Position numbers and translations under genes: made by a program
NCBI GenBank assembly: GCA_963788655.1
Contig: CAWBHS010000003.1
Location: 15,950-79,949 of the forward strand
Length of the DNA stretch: 64,000 nucleotides
Reading direction: 5' to 3'
From: an uncultured Verrucomicrobiae bacterium
Lineage (GTDB): Bacteria > Verrucomicrobiota > Verrucomicrobiia > Limisphaerales > JAFGQR01
The notes under the pieces: generated by a model
The model's database searches: none
The model's input: only the letters and a program-made list of their open reading frames with translations
Told to the model about the DNA's origin: nothing
Shown: piece by piece, positions 12,444-22,176 of the stretch
Numbering within the stretch: position 1 is the first letter of the stretch
Layout: every line of letters begins with the position of its first letter

Positions 12444-15400
12444 GTGCAAGCAATGTTTCTCCTTGGCCCGGCTGGCAGCGGCAAAACCTGGCGCTGCCTG
12501 ACGGAAATCCGCGAGGCGCTGGTCCAATCGCCGGACGGCCCGCCGCTGGTGCTGCTCGCCCCCAAACAGGCCACCTTCCAACTCGAACGCCAGTTGCTGG
12601 CCGACGCGGCGTTGAGCGGATACACGCGGTTGCACATTCTTTCCTTCGAACGGCTCGCCCAGTTTATTTTCCAACGGCTCCACCAAACCCCGCCGCCCTT
12701 GCTGAACGAGGAAGGCCGGATCATGGTCTTGCGGGCATTGCTGGCTCGCCACCGGAAGGAACTGGAAGTGTTTCACGCCAGCGCGCGGTGGCCGGGATTT
12801 GCGCAGCATCTCAGCCAGTTGTTGCGCGAATTGCAGCACCACCACCTCTCCCCCACCCGGTTGACCAACCTGGCCCATCGCACCGGCGAGAAGACCCCCT
12901 TGGGACGCAAGCTGCGCGACTTCGCCTTGCTGCTGAACGCCTATTCGCGCTGGCTCCAGGAGCATCAGTTGCAGGACGCCGACAGTTTGCTGGACCTGGC
13001 CACCGAGGCGCTTCAGGGCTTGGGCGCATCCAGCGATTCGGCGGCGGCGGTGTTTTCCGTGGAAGGATTGTGGCTCGATGGATTTGCCGAAATGACGCCA
13101 CAGGAAATCGCCTTGCTCGCGGCGCTCGTGCTGCGTTGCCAGCGGGCCACCTTGGCCTTTTGCCTGGATCATCAGCCCGCCGCTGACACCTCTTGGCTCA
13201 GCCCGTGGACGCTGGTGGGGCAGACCTATCGCCGTTGTCACGCTGCGCTGGCTGCTTTGTCGGAGTGCAAGGTGTCTGTCGCCATGCTGGAACGTAGTGC
13301 GGACTGCTCCCGTTTTGCCGGGCAACCGGTCTTGCGGCATTTGGAGCACCATTGGAACTCTCCCACACCTTTGGTCGCCGGTCCGGGAGCGAGCGACGCG
13401 GGCGTCCAATCCGTTGTTGAAACGCTCCGACTGGTGCAATGCCCGACGCCCGAGGACGAAGCCATCGTGGCGGCCCGGGAAGTGTTGCGTCACGTCCGCG
13501 AACGCGGGGCGCGCTTTCGCGGTTGCGCCGTCTTGCTGCGCCAACTCGAGAAGCACCACGACGTGTTGCGGCGCGTGTTTACGCAATATGGCATTCCGTT
13601 CTTCCTGGATCGCCGCGAACCGATCACGCATCACCCGCTGGCCGAGCTGACCCGATACGCCCTGCGCACCGCCGCGTATGGCTGGCAACAGGAGGATTGG
13701 TTCGGCGCTTTGAAAACCGGGCTGGTGCCGATTGCGGAACGTGACCTGGACCTGTTGGAAAACGAGGCCCTGGCCCGAGGTTGGTTTGGTGCAACCTGGT
13801 CAAATCCACTACCGGTTCCCGCTGCGGCCAATCCGCCCCATCCGCTTGAAGTGGTCCGGCAACAGATCGTTCCGTCGTTTCAGCAACTCTGCGCCCGCTT
13901 GGCCCAGTTGGACAATGGCCCAACCGGCGTACAATTGGCGGATGCGCTGCGCCGTTTGTGGGGTGACTTGAACGTCGAAACGCAGCTCGCCACTTGGACG
14001 GAAACCGCGCCTGCCGCCGGTCCTCACCATCCGGCCATGCACGCCACGGTGTGGGAACAGATGAACGAGTGGGCGACCAATCTCGCGCGCGCCTTCCCCT
14101 CCGAACGACTGCCCCTCCGCGATTGGTTGCCCATCGTCGAAGCCGGACTGGCCGGATTGACCGTCGGGGTAATCCCGCCCGCGCTCGATCAAGTGCTCAT
14201 TGGCGCGATTGACCGATCGCGCAATCCGGAACTGCAATTGGCCGTGATCCTCGGCGTCAATGAATCACTGTTCCCCGCACCACCAACCACTGACGGCTTG
14301 CTTACGGAGGTTGAACGTTTGGCGCTGGAGCGGGAAGATGTCTGGCTTGGCCCCACCACCAAACAACGCCTCGGGCACGAACGTTATTTCGGTTACATCG
14401 CCTGTACCCGCGCCCGGCAACGTCTGGTGCTCACCTGCGCCACGCGCGATGCGCAGGATCGCGCGTTGAATCCGTCGCGCTTCGTTCAACATCTCCAGCA
14501 ACTCTTTCCGGGCTTGGCCCTGGAGACATTTTCGCCGGCGATCGACTGGCGCGAATGCGAGCACGTCACAGAACTGTTGCCCTGGCTCGTCGCCCCGCAA
14601 GCGGATGCATCGTCCCCTGCCATTCCCGCCGAAGTCGGCGCCTGGCCGTGTGTCGCCCCGATGCTCGAACGGTTGCGCCTTCTGCACGAACCTTCGCCGG
14701 AGGAACGGCTTTCCGCGCCGATGGTGGACCGTCTTTATGGCCAGGCACTGCAAACGAGCGTCACGCATTTGGAACGGTTTGCGGAATGTCCGTTCCGGTT
14801 CTTCGTTCATACTGGGCTGCGCGCGCAAGAACGGGAACGGTTCGAAGCGGACGTGCGGCAAATGGGCAGTTATCAGCACGCGGTGCTCAAAGAATACCAC
14901 GACCGCGCCGTTCAGGAAGGTCGCCAGTGGCGCGATTTCACATCGGCCGAAGCGCGCACTCGCCTGCGGAAAATGGCCCAGGAACTGGCGAAGACTTTCG
15001 CCGACGGAGTCATGTTGGCCACCGAGCAGAGCCGCTTCCTGACGCAAACCCTCACGGCCAACCTCGAGGACTTTATCGAAACCACCACCACCTGGCTGCG
15101 CGCGCAATACGCGTTCAATCCCACCGCGGCCGAACTGGAATTTGGCCCAAAAGGACCGCTGCCGCCGTGGGAATTACCTTTGGCCAATGACCGCCAACTA
15201 AAGTTCATTGGCGTGATTGACCGCGTGGATCTTTGGACTTCGCCCGAAGACGACGCAGCGCTTTGCGTGGTGATGGATTACAAATCGAGCGCCCGCCGAG
15301 TTGACCCTCGCCTGCTGGCCAACGGCGTGCAACTCCAACTGCCCGCCTACCTGAGCGTGTTGCGTCACCTGAAGGATCCGCAATCCGCATTTGGCGTGCA

Positions 15401-15908
15401 GCGCCTGATTCCCGCCGGGGTGTTTTATGTGAACCTGCGCGGTCAATACGACAGCGGCAAGCATCGCAACGAAGTGCTGGCGGACGTTCAGGCGCGGCCC
15501 CTCGCGTTTCAGCACAGCGGCCGCTTCAACCAGGACGCGTTGGAATACCTCGACACCCGGCCGCGCCCGCCGGATCAGGAAAAGTTCGGCGACCAGTTCC
15601 ATTTCAGAATTACCAAGAAGGGCAAAGTCCACGGTGCCTACAAAGACGCGATGAACCCAAACCAGTTCGGCGGCATGCTGGATCAAGTGGAAACGCTGCT
15701 GCGCGACATGGGCGAGCGCATTTTCCAAGGTGAAGCCGGGGTGTCGCCGTATCGTCAAAGCGCCAGCACGCCCTGCCAGCGTTGCGACTACCGGGCGATC
15801 TGCCGGTTTGATCCGTGGACGCAATCCTACCGGGCGCTGAATGAGCCGCAACCGTTCGCTGAGGAAGAGCCGGAAATGTCCGGCAACGGGAGAAACGTGA
15901 AACAATGA
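12444..15908 (+). CDS. addB: ATP-dependent helicase/nuclease subunit B (AddB/RexB), PD-(D/E)xK nuclease with Fe-S cysteines
   Basis: N-terminal GPAGSGKT, DGFAEMTPQE, ECPFRFF, GVIDRVD...DYKS, C-terminal PCQRCDYRAIC; lies upstream of addA. Confidence 0.9.
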   Translation: MQAMFLLGPAGSGKTWRCLTEIREALVQSPDGPPLVLLAPKQATFQLERQLLADAALSGYTRLHILSFERLAQFIFQRLHQTPPPLLNEEGRIMVLRALLARHRKELEVFHASARWPGFAQHLSQLLRELQHHHLSPTRLTNLAHRTGEKTPLGRKLRDFALLLNAYSRWLQEHQLQDADSLLDLATEALQGLGASSDSAAAVFSVEGLWLDGFAEMTPQEIALLAALVLRCQRATLAFCLDHQPAADTSWLSPWTLVGQTYRRCHAALAALSECKVSVAMLERSADCSRFAGQPVLRHLEHHWNSPTPLVAGPGASDAGVQSVVETLRLVQCPTPEDEAIVAAREVLRHVRERGARFRGCAVLLRQLEKHHDVLRRVFTQYGIPFFLDRREPITHHPLAELTRYALRTAAYGWQQEDWFGALKTGLVPIAERDLDLLENEALARGWFGATWSNPLPVPAAANPPHPLEVVRQQIVPSFQQLCARLAQLDNGPTGVQLADALRRLWGDLNVETQLATWTETAPAAGPHHPAMHATVWEQMNEWATNLARAFPSERLPLRDWLPIVEAGLAGLTVGVIPPALDQVLIGAIDRSRNPELQLAVILGVNESLFPAPPTTDGLLTEVERLALEREDVWLGPTTKQRLGHERYFGYIACTRARQRLVLTCATRDAQDRALNPSRFVQHLQQLFPGLALETFSPAIDWRECEHVTELLPWLVAPQADASSPAIPAEVGAWPCVAPMLERLRLLHEPSPEERLSAPMVDRLYGQALQTSVTHLERFAECPFRFFVHTGLRAQERERFEADVRQMGSYQHAVLKEYHDRAVQEGRQWRDFTSAEARTRLRKMAQELAKTFADGVMLATEQSRFLTQTLTANLEDFIETTTTWLRAQYAFNPTAAELEFGPKGPLPPWELPLANDRQLKFIGVIDRVDLWTSPEDDAALCVVMDYKSSARRVDPRLLANGVQLQLPAYLSVLRHLKDPQSAFGVQRLIPAGVFYVNLRGQYDSGKHRNEVLADVQARPLAFQHSGRFNQDALEYLDTRPRPPDQEKFGDQFHFRITKKGKVHGAYKDAMNPNQFGGMLDQVETLLRDMGERIFQGEAGVSPYRQSASTPCQRCDYRAICRFDPWTQSYRALNEPQPFAEEEPEMSGNGRNVKQ

Positions 15909-15929
15909 GTGGCTTCTTGAGAACACTCG

Positions 15930-16630
15930 GACTTTCGAGTCTGGTCCGGGCTGACGTTGATTTGGTGGTGACTGCCCAGGGAATGTTCGTGCTAAGCGGT
16001 GGCACCTCCATCTGTTCCCTCTCCCCGAGGGAGAGGGTCAGGGTGAGGGGAAACGCGACATTCGAACCGCGCACCCGCTGCGGAATTGTGGCCGGCAGCG
16101 AAGAAGCATTTTGGGACGGCGCGGGTAACCGGACGGTTCCTTCCCCCTCACCCCTGCCCTCTCCCTTGGGGAGAGGGAGCACTTTCGGCTCCGAGGTACA
16201 GAACAAGAGGCCACTTCGACCTTCGAAAGCAATCCGGACGAGGGTCGATTTGACGGTGAATGCTCGGGGAAGGTTCGTATTAATCGGCGGCACCTCCCGC
16301 TGTTCCCTCTCCCCAAGGGAGAGGGTCAGGGTGAGGGGAAACGCGATATTCGAACCGGAGGAACCGCTGCGGAATTGTGGCCGGCAGCGAAGAAGCGTTT
16401 TGGGACGGCGCGGGTAACCGGACGGTTCCTTCCCCCTCACCCCTGCCCTCTCCCTTGGGGAGAGGGAGCACTTTCGGCTCCGAGGCACAGAACAAGAGGC
16501 CACTTCGACCTTCGAAAGCAATCCGGACGAGGGTCGATTTGACGGTGAATGCTCGGGGAAGGTTCGTATTAATCGGCGGCATCTCGGGCTGTTCCCTCTC
16601 CCTGAGGGAGAGGGTCAGGGTGAGGGGAAA
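15930..16630. repeat. Tandem ~288-289 bp repeat (~2.4 copies), each unit carrying an inverted pair of CCCTCTCCC...GGGAGAGGG...GGGTGAGGGG REP-like palindromes (BIME-like)
   Basis: tgttccctctcc recurs at 16013, 16301 and 16590; unit interiors are near-identical; the first partial unit is diverged. Confidence 0.9.
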
Positions 16631-16702
16631 GGAACCGCACCGAGACTCCATGCATTGCCGGTTTCAAGGACTCCTTATCACAAAAGTTTCGCCCACCCAT
16701 CC

Positions 16703-19700
16703 ATGAACACCTTCACCCCCAGCCAACAGCAGGCGATTACCGCTCGCGGCAATGTGCTTGTAATCGCCGGGGCCGGGGCCGGCAAAACCAGCACGCTGGT
16801 GGAACGCTGTTTGGCGGCCCTTCTCGATCCGGCCCATCCCGTCAGCCTCGATGAAATTCTGATGGTCACGTTCACCGAAGCCGCGGCCGCGGAGATGAAA
16901 CACCGCATCCGCGAGCGATTGCTGCACGCTCAGGCCGGCCTACACGCAGACTCCGCCAAGGCCCGCGAACGCCTCGAGGAACAACTGGCCTTGCTGGACA
17001 CCGCCGCCATCGGCACGCTCCACGGCTTTTGTTTGCGGTTGGTGCGGGAGCATTTTCATGAGCTGGCCCTCGATCCCCAACTGCTGGTCTTGCCCGAGGA
17101 ACAGGTTCACTTACTGCGCGAGGAAACATTGGACGCCATCCTGCAGGCGCACTTCGCCGGCGCCACTCCCCACGGCGCCGCCGTGCAGCAATTGATCGAG
17201 GTGCAAGGCCGCGGGCGGGAGGAAGTCATCCGCGCGCTGGTGCTCAAGTTGCACACCTATACCCAGACCCTGGCCGATCCGCGCGGCTGGATGGCCGAGC
17301 AATTGGCGCAGTATCGTCAGGCCAACCCTGCGGCATGGCGTGCCTGGCTGCTGGATGGATTCCATCATTGGCGCGAACTGTGGCTGCCGGAACTCGAAAC
17401 CCAGCCCGTCGAAAATCAAAAAGCCCACACCCTCGCCCGGCAACTGCGTGACCTCGATCCGGCCGCGGACCGTCCGGCGGTTGCCGCAGTGTTGGCCAAG
17501 ATCGTTGCGGCCGACGGCGACTGGCCGCGCGGCACCAAGGGCAAGTTCCGCGGTCCCATTGAAAACTTTTACGACGAAGCGGCGTTCCTGCACTCCCTGA
17601 CGACGGTGAACGACGGCCACGATCCGCTGGCGGAAGACTGGGACTGGACGCGCGGCCACATCGAAACGTTGCTCACGTTGACGCGCGAGTTCACCACCGT
17701 CTTTGCCGCCGCCAAACGCGAGCAGGCGGCGGTGGATTTCCAGGACCTGGAACAATTCGCGCTCCAACTGCTCTGGGATCCTGCCGCCGGGCGACCGACA
17801 CTCCTGGCCGAGGAACTCCGCGGCCGGTTCAAGCTCGTCTTCGTGGATGAATACCAGGACATCAACGCGGCCCAGGACCAAATCATCACTGCCTTGGGCG
17901 GCGAAGGCGCGGCAGCGAACCGGTTTCTGGTCGGCGATGTCAAACAATGCATTTACCGGTTCCGCTTGTCTGATCCGCGCATTTTTCAAAACTACCGGCG
18001 CGGGTGGTCCGCCGAGGAAGCCGCCGGGAAGGTGCTGGGATTGGCGGACAATTTTCGCAGCCGCGAACTGCTGCTGCGGTTCATCAATCCGCTCTTTGCC
18101 GAACTGATGCGCGCGGGTCTGGGCGGCGTGGACTACACTGACGCCGAGCATCTCCAATTCGGCGCGCCGGATCAACGGGGCGAACTGGCCGCCGGGGCTG
18201 ATGCGACACCGTGCGTGGAAGTTCACCTGCGGCTAACCGGCAACGAATCGGAAGCAGAAAGCAACGGCGACGAACCGCCCGCGAACAGCCAAGCCCCCGA
18301 CGTGGCCGAACTGACCCAGGCCGAACAGGAAGCCCGCATCATCGCCCAACGCCTGCGCGAACTTGTGACCACGGGCCACCGGGTCTGGGACAAAGACGAA
18401 GGCGCCTGGCGGGCGGTCCGTTACGGCGATATGGCGGTGCTGTTGCGGGCGCTATCGGCCAAAGCCGAAGTGTATGCCCGCGAATTCCACCGGCAAGGCG
18501 TGCCGCTGCAAGTAGCGCGCGGTGACTTTTACGAAAGCACCGAAATCACGGATCTGCTCAGCCTGCTGCAACTGCTCGATAATCCACTGCAAGACTTTCC
18601 CCTGTTGACCGTGCTGCGCTCGCCATTGGTGGGATTGTCGCTCGACGATCTGGCCAGCATCCGCTTGGTGGTGCGCAAGGCCCCGCTTTGGACGGCGTTG
18701 AACCGGTGGCACCAGACAAACAATGGAGTCGCCGGAACCGAGGCGCACGACTCCGTTGTCGGCGCTGAACCGGCAATCCGTACCGACACGTTCACCGCCT
18801 GGCAGAAAGTGGACACCTTCCTTGAACGGTTTGCCCGCTGGCGCCGATTGGGTCGCGACACTTCGCTCTCGCAACGATTGGAAACGGTGCTGGCCGAAAC
18901 ATTATACAGCGATTGGCTGCTTACCCAGCCACGCGGCCTGCAACGCGTTGCCAACGTGAAGCGGTTGCTGACGCTGGCGCAGCAGTTCGATCCGTTGCAG
19001 CGGCAGGGGCTCGCACGGTTCCTGCGATTTGTCGAGGCCCAGCAGGAAGCCATCGTGACCAGCGAACCGGTGGTCACCGCGGGAACTGATGCCGTGCGGT
19101 TAACCACCATCCATAAAAGCAAGGGCTTGGAATACCCGGTCGTGGTGCTGGCCGACTTGGGCAAACGGTTCAACCTGCGCGACCTGTCCGGGCGCATTCT
19201 GTTGGACGAAGAATACGGTCTGTGCCCCCAGGTGCAACCGCCGCAAACCGGCCGTTACTATCCCAGCTTGCCGTATTGGCTGGCCAAACGCCGGCAGCGC
19301 AACGAAGCGTTGGGCGAGGAACTCCGATTGCTCTACGTCGCAGTCACTCGCGCGCGTGACCTATTGTTACTGACGGGCACGGTTTCCCAATCCGCAGCCG
19401 CCAAATGGTCCGCGCAAAGCAGCCGGCCTTGTGAGCGCGAACTGGTGGCTGCCGGCAGTTATCTGCACTGGCTCGGCCCGTGGTGGACGCGCCAGATTGG
19501 TGATTCCGAATGGACGGCCCACGCCGAAGGACAAACGGATTTGTTCCGCTGGAGAATCCACGGGGAAGAAGTTGGTGGAGCGGAGGATGTTGTCGTGAGT
19601 TCTGCACTGGCAACCAAGCCTGACAGTCGGGGCAAGGTGTTGGCCACTGACGGGCAAGAGATCAGTCTTTTGCATCCCCCTCACCCGCCCTCCGGGCACC

Positions 19701-20647
19701 CTCCCCACGAATCGCGCAGCAGCGGACGTGAGTCCGCTTTATCTGAATACGAAAAGAGTCAGAGCGGACTCACGTCCGCTGCTACAAAGGTTCAGGGGTT
19801 CAAAGCACGGAGTTCTTCGGAGAATGCTCTTCCCCAAGGTGGGGGAGAGGGATGCGGTGAGGGGGACTACGTCAATTCCACGTCATGCGAATCGCCAAGC
19901 CAGCAGACACGGAGTCTTGAGTCTCTGGAACGCCGAATCCAGTGGCAATATCCCCATTCCGCAGCCACCGCCGAACCCGCCAAGCGCAGTGTCACCGCGC
20001 TCGTGCGCAGTCGCGTGGAAGCCGACGAAGAAGCGTTCCCCTGGGCGGGCTGGACTCGACCATCGAAACCAAGCCACCCGCCGGCGAAGGCCAGGAAACC
20101 GGCCAGCCAATTGTCGGCAGCGGAGATTGGCATTGCTCACCACACTTTTCTTCAAGGCGTTGGTTTGGGCCATGTCGGAAACGCGTCCAGCCTGCGCGCC
20201 GAAGCGGAGTCCATGCGAGCCACCGGTGTGTTGTCCATTGAACAAGTAGCGGCCTTGGATTTCGAGGCCCTGTCACAGTTCTGGCAGTCGGAAGTCGGGC
20301 AGCAGATTGTCACTGCGGCGGCGCACGTGCGGCGGGAGATACCGTTCACCGCGCGCATGACGGCTGCCGATTTGGCGACAGCCGGAGTGCGTTTGGCGGC
20401 CGAGTTGCCCCCGGACGATTTTGTGGTGGTGCAAGGCGTCGCCGACCTGGTGGTCTTTCAGCCGGAGGAGTTGTGGCTGCTGGATTTCAAAACGGACACC
20501 CTGGCCGCGGAAAGATTGGCGGACAAGGTCCGCTTCTATAGTCCGCAACTGCGGCTCTACGCGCTGGCCTTGGCACGAATTTATCATCGCCCGGTAACCC
20601 GACGCTGGCTGCATTTCCTGTCGCTGGACGCCACCGAAGTTGTTTAA
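16703..20647 (+). CDS. addA: ATP-dependent helicase/nuclease subunit A (AddA), UvrD-type helicase plus C-terminal nuclease
   Basis: AGAGAGKT, VTFTEAAAAEM, VDEYQD, VGDVKQCIYRFR, TIHKSKGLEY, EELRLLYVAVTRA, QGVADL...LDFKT; ATG at 16703. Confidence 0.92.
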   Translation: MNTFTPSQQQAITARGNVLVIAGAGAGKTSTLVERCLAALLDPAHPVSLDEILMVTFTEAAAAEMKHRIRERLLHAQAGLHADSAKARERLEEQLALLDTAAIGTLHGFCLRLVREHFHELALDPQLLVLPEEQVHLLREETLDAILQAHFAGATPHGAAVQQLIEVQGRGREEVIRALVLKLHTYTQTLADPRGWMAEQLAQYRQANPAAWRAWLLDGFHHWRELWLPELETQPVENQKAHTLARQLRDLDPAADRPAVAAVLAKIVAADGDWPRGTKGKFRGPIENFYDEAAFLHSLTTVNDGHDPLAEDWDWTRGHIETLLTLTREFTTVFAAAKREQAAVDFQDLEQFALQLLWDPAAGRPTLLAEELRGRFKLVFVDEYQDINAAQDQIITALGGEGAAANRFLVGDVKQCIYRFRLSDPRIFQNYRRGWSAEEAAGKVLGLADNFRSRELLLRFINPLFAELMRAGLGGVDYTDAEHLQFGAPDQRGELAAGADATPCVEVHLRLTGNESEAESNGDEPPANSQAPDVAELTQAEQEARIIAQRLRELVTTGHRVWDKDEGAWRAVRYGDMAVLLRALSAKAEVYAREFHRQGVPLQVARGDFYESTEITDLLSLLQLLDNPLQDFPLLTVLRSPLVGLSLDDLASIRLVVRKAPLWTALNRWHQTNNGVAGTEAHDSVVGAEPAIRTDTFTAWQKVDTFLERFARWRRLGRDTSLSQRLETVLAETLYSDWLLTQPRGLQRVANVKRLLTLAQQFDPLQRQGLARFLRFVEAQQEAIVTSEPVVTAGTDAVRLTTIHKSKGLEYPVVVLADLGKRFNLRDLSGRILLDEEYGLCPQVQPPQTGRYYPSLPYWLAKRRQRNEALGEELRLLYVAVTRARDLLLLTGTVSQSAAAKWSAQSSRPCERELVAAGSYLHWLGPWWTRQIGDSEWTAHAEGQTDLFRWRIHGEEVGGAEDVVVSSALATKPDSRGKVLATDGQEISLLHPPHPPSGHPPHESRSSGRESALSEYEKSQSGLTSAATKVQGFKARSSSENALPQGGGEGCGEGDYVNSTSCESPSQQTRSLESLERRIQWQYPHSAATAEPAKRSVTALVRSRVEADEEAFPWAGWTRPSKPSHPPAKARKPASQLSAAEIGIAHHTFLQGVGLGHVGNASSLRAEAESMRATGVLSIEQVAALDFEALSQFWQSEVGQQIVTAAAHVRREIPFTARMTAADLATAGVRLAAELPPDDFVVVQGVADLVVFQPEELWLLDFKTDTLAAERLADKVRFYSPQLRLYALALARIYHRPVTRRWLHFLSLDATEVV
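19676..19865. repeat. Nested REP/REPIN elements inserted in frame within addA
   Basis: ccccctcacc (19676) ... ggtgaggggg (19865) encloses gcagcagcggacgtgagtccgct (19716-19738) and its inverted copy agcggactcacgtccgctgctac (19763-19785). Confidence 0.85.
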
Positions 20648-20672
20648 CTGTCCGCGCAATCCACTGAACGAA

Positions 20673-21593
20673 ATGGCACAGCTATTCCTGGGAATCGAGA
20701 TTGGCGGCACCAAGCTGCAAATGGTCGGCGGCGAGGCCAACGGCACCATCGTCGAGCGACGCCGTTACGCCGTGGAACCGAAACAAGGCGGGGCGGGGAT
20801 CCGTGCCTGCATTGAATTGGCTATCGAGAATCTGCTGGAGAACTTCAAGCTGGCTGCCATTTCCGTGGGCTTTGGCGGGCCAGTTGATCGGTGCGGCGGG
20901 CGTATCGCACGGTCCCACCAGATCGAAGGCTGGTCGGACTATCCCTTGCGCGACTGGTTGAGCCGGCTGACGAGTCTTCCCGTGCTCGTCGAGAACGATG
21001 CCAACATGGCCGCGCTGGGCGAAGCCACGTGCGGGGCGGGCCAGGGATCGAATCCCGTTTTTTACACGACGCTCGGCAGTGGTGTCGGGGGCGGCGTGGT
21101 CGTTGATGGCCGGATTTACCACGGCGCGGCGCCGGGCGAAGTCGAGATCGGGCATGTGCGTTTGGACCGGCAGGGAACCACGGTCGAATCACGATGTTCC
21201 GGTTGGGCCGTGGACAAAAAGATTCGCCAACTCATCGCGTCCGGCGGCACGGGCAAACTGTGCGAACTGGCCGCGTCAGCCAACGGCGGCGAAGCCCGAT
21301 TCCTCGGACAGGCGCTGGCGGCTAATGATCCCGCTGCACAACGTGTGCTCGAGGAAACTGCGGCCGACCTGGCTTTTGGCCTATCGCACGTCGTGCATCT
21401 CTTTCATCCGCAGGTCATCGTGTTAGGCGGCGGTTTGTCGCTGGTCGGCGAACCGCTTCGTGCCGCGGTGGCCGCGGCGCTGCCCAGCCTGGTCATGGAG
21501 GTGTTTCAACCGGGGCCGGAAGTCCGGCTGGCCGGCTTGGGCGAGGACGCAGTGCCGGTGGGCTGCCTGGTGGCGGCGGGACACCCGGGATAA
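20673..21593 (+). CDS. ROK family sugar kinase (glucokinase-like)
   Basis: GIEIGGTK, VENDANMAALGE, GSGVGGG, EIGHV, IVLGGG. Confidence 0.88.
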   Translation: MAQLFLGIEIGGTKLQMVGGEANGTIVERRRYAVEPKQGGAGIRACIELAIENLLENFKLAAISVGFGGPVDRCGGRIARSHQIEGWSDYPLRDWLSRLTSLPVLVENDANMAALGEATCGAGQGSNPVFYTTLGSGVGGGVVVDGRIYHGAAPGEVEIGHVRLDRQGTTVESRCSGWAVDKKIRQLIASGGTGKLCELAASANGGEARFLGQALAANDPAAQRVLEETAADLAFGLSHVVHLFHPQVIVLGGGLSLVGEPLRAAVAAALPSLVMEVFQPGPEVRLAGLGEDAVPVGCLVAAGHPG

Positions 21594-21825
21594 GGCTGAA
21601 ATTCGATAGAAATCCCGTGCCGCCAAACGCACCGAGCGACCCCATAATCATTTCGACCATCCGGAGGCAGAATTCGGAACCCACGTGGCGGTTGCTTCCG
21701 TCTGGCCTGCGCACTGCGGATTGCCGGGGGTCGGCTCTTCTGGCGATGGAAAAGCCTTCCCCACGCTGTGGGTCGCAAAGCCAACCCTCCAGTTGCGATT
21801 CAGTTCATCCGCGAAATGAGTCGAG

Positions 21826-22103
21826 TACTCCCCAGACCGTGGGATCGAATACAGTTCGCGGAGAGCCGTTTTGCCCTGGGGCTAGGCGCGTGCGAGGGAG
21901 TGTATCCGCAGCGATACTCGACCGAGCGTGCAACGAAGCCCCAGCGCAAAACAGCCTCGGCCCGGAGGGTTGCGGCGATTTTGGCTTGGGGCCTTGTTGC
22001 TCGTCGGGTCATAGAGCGCTGCGGCTATACTCCCCTTCTCGCGCCTAGCCCCAAGCCAAAATCGCCGCAACAAACTATGTTCTATCCCACGGTCTGGGGA
22101 GTA
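21826..22103. mobile_element. MITE-like non-autonomous element (~274 bp) with terminal inverted repeats and TA ends
   Basis: Perfect IR tactccccagaccgtggga (21826-21844) / tcccacggtctggggagta (22085-22103); internal 24-bp perfect stem 21969-21992 / 22048-22071. Confidence 0.8.
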
Positions 22104-22176
22104 AATCCGCCTTGCCGTTTCGTCGGCGCATTTACGGACTTGCGTCATAAAGGACGGTTACCGAGGATGCGGGTCC

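Noticed and set aside
15905..16706. ORFs of 92-303 aa between addB and addA
   Set aside because: They are translations of the tandem palindromic repeat (LSPRERVRVRG / PLTLTLSLGERE), not credible genes
12444..20647. Novel helicase-nuclease defence system
   Set aside because: Motifs and gene order match housekeeping AddAB
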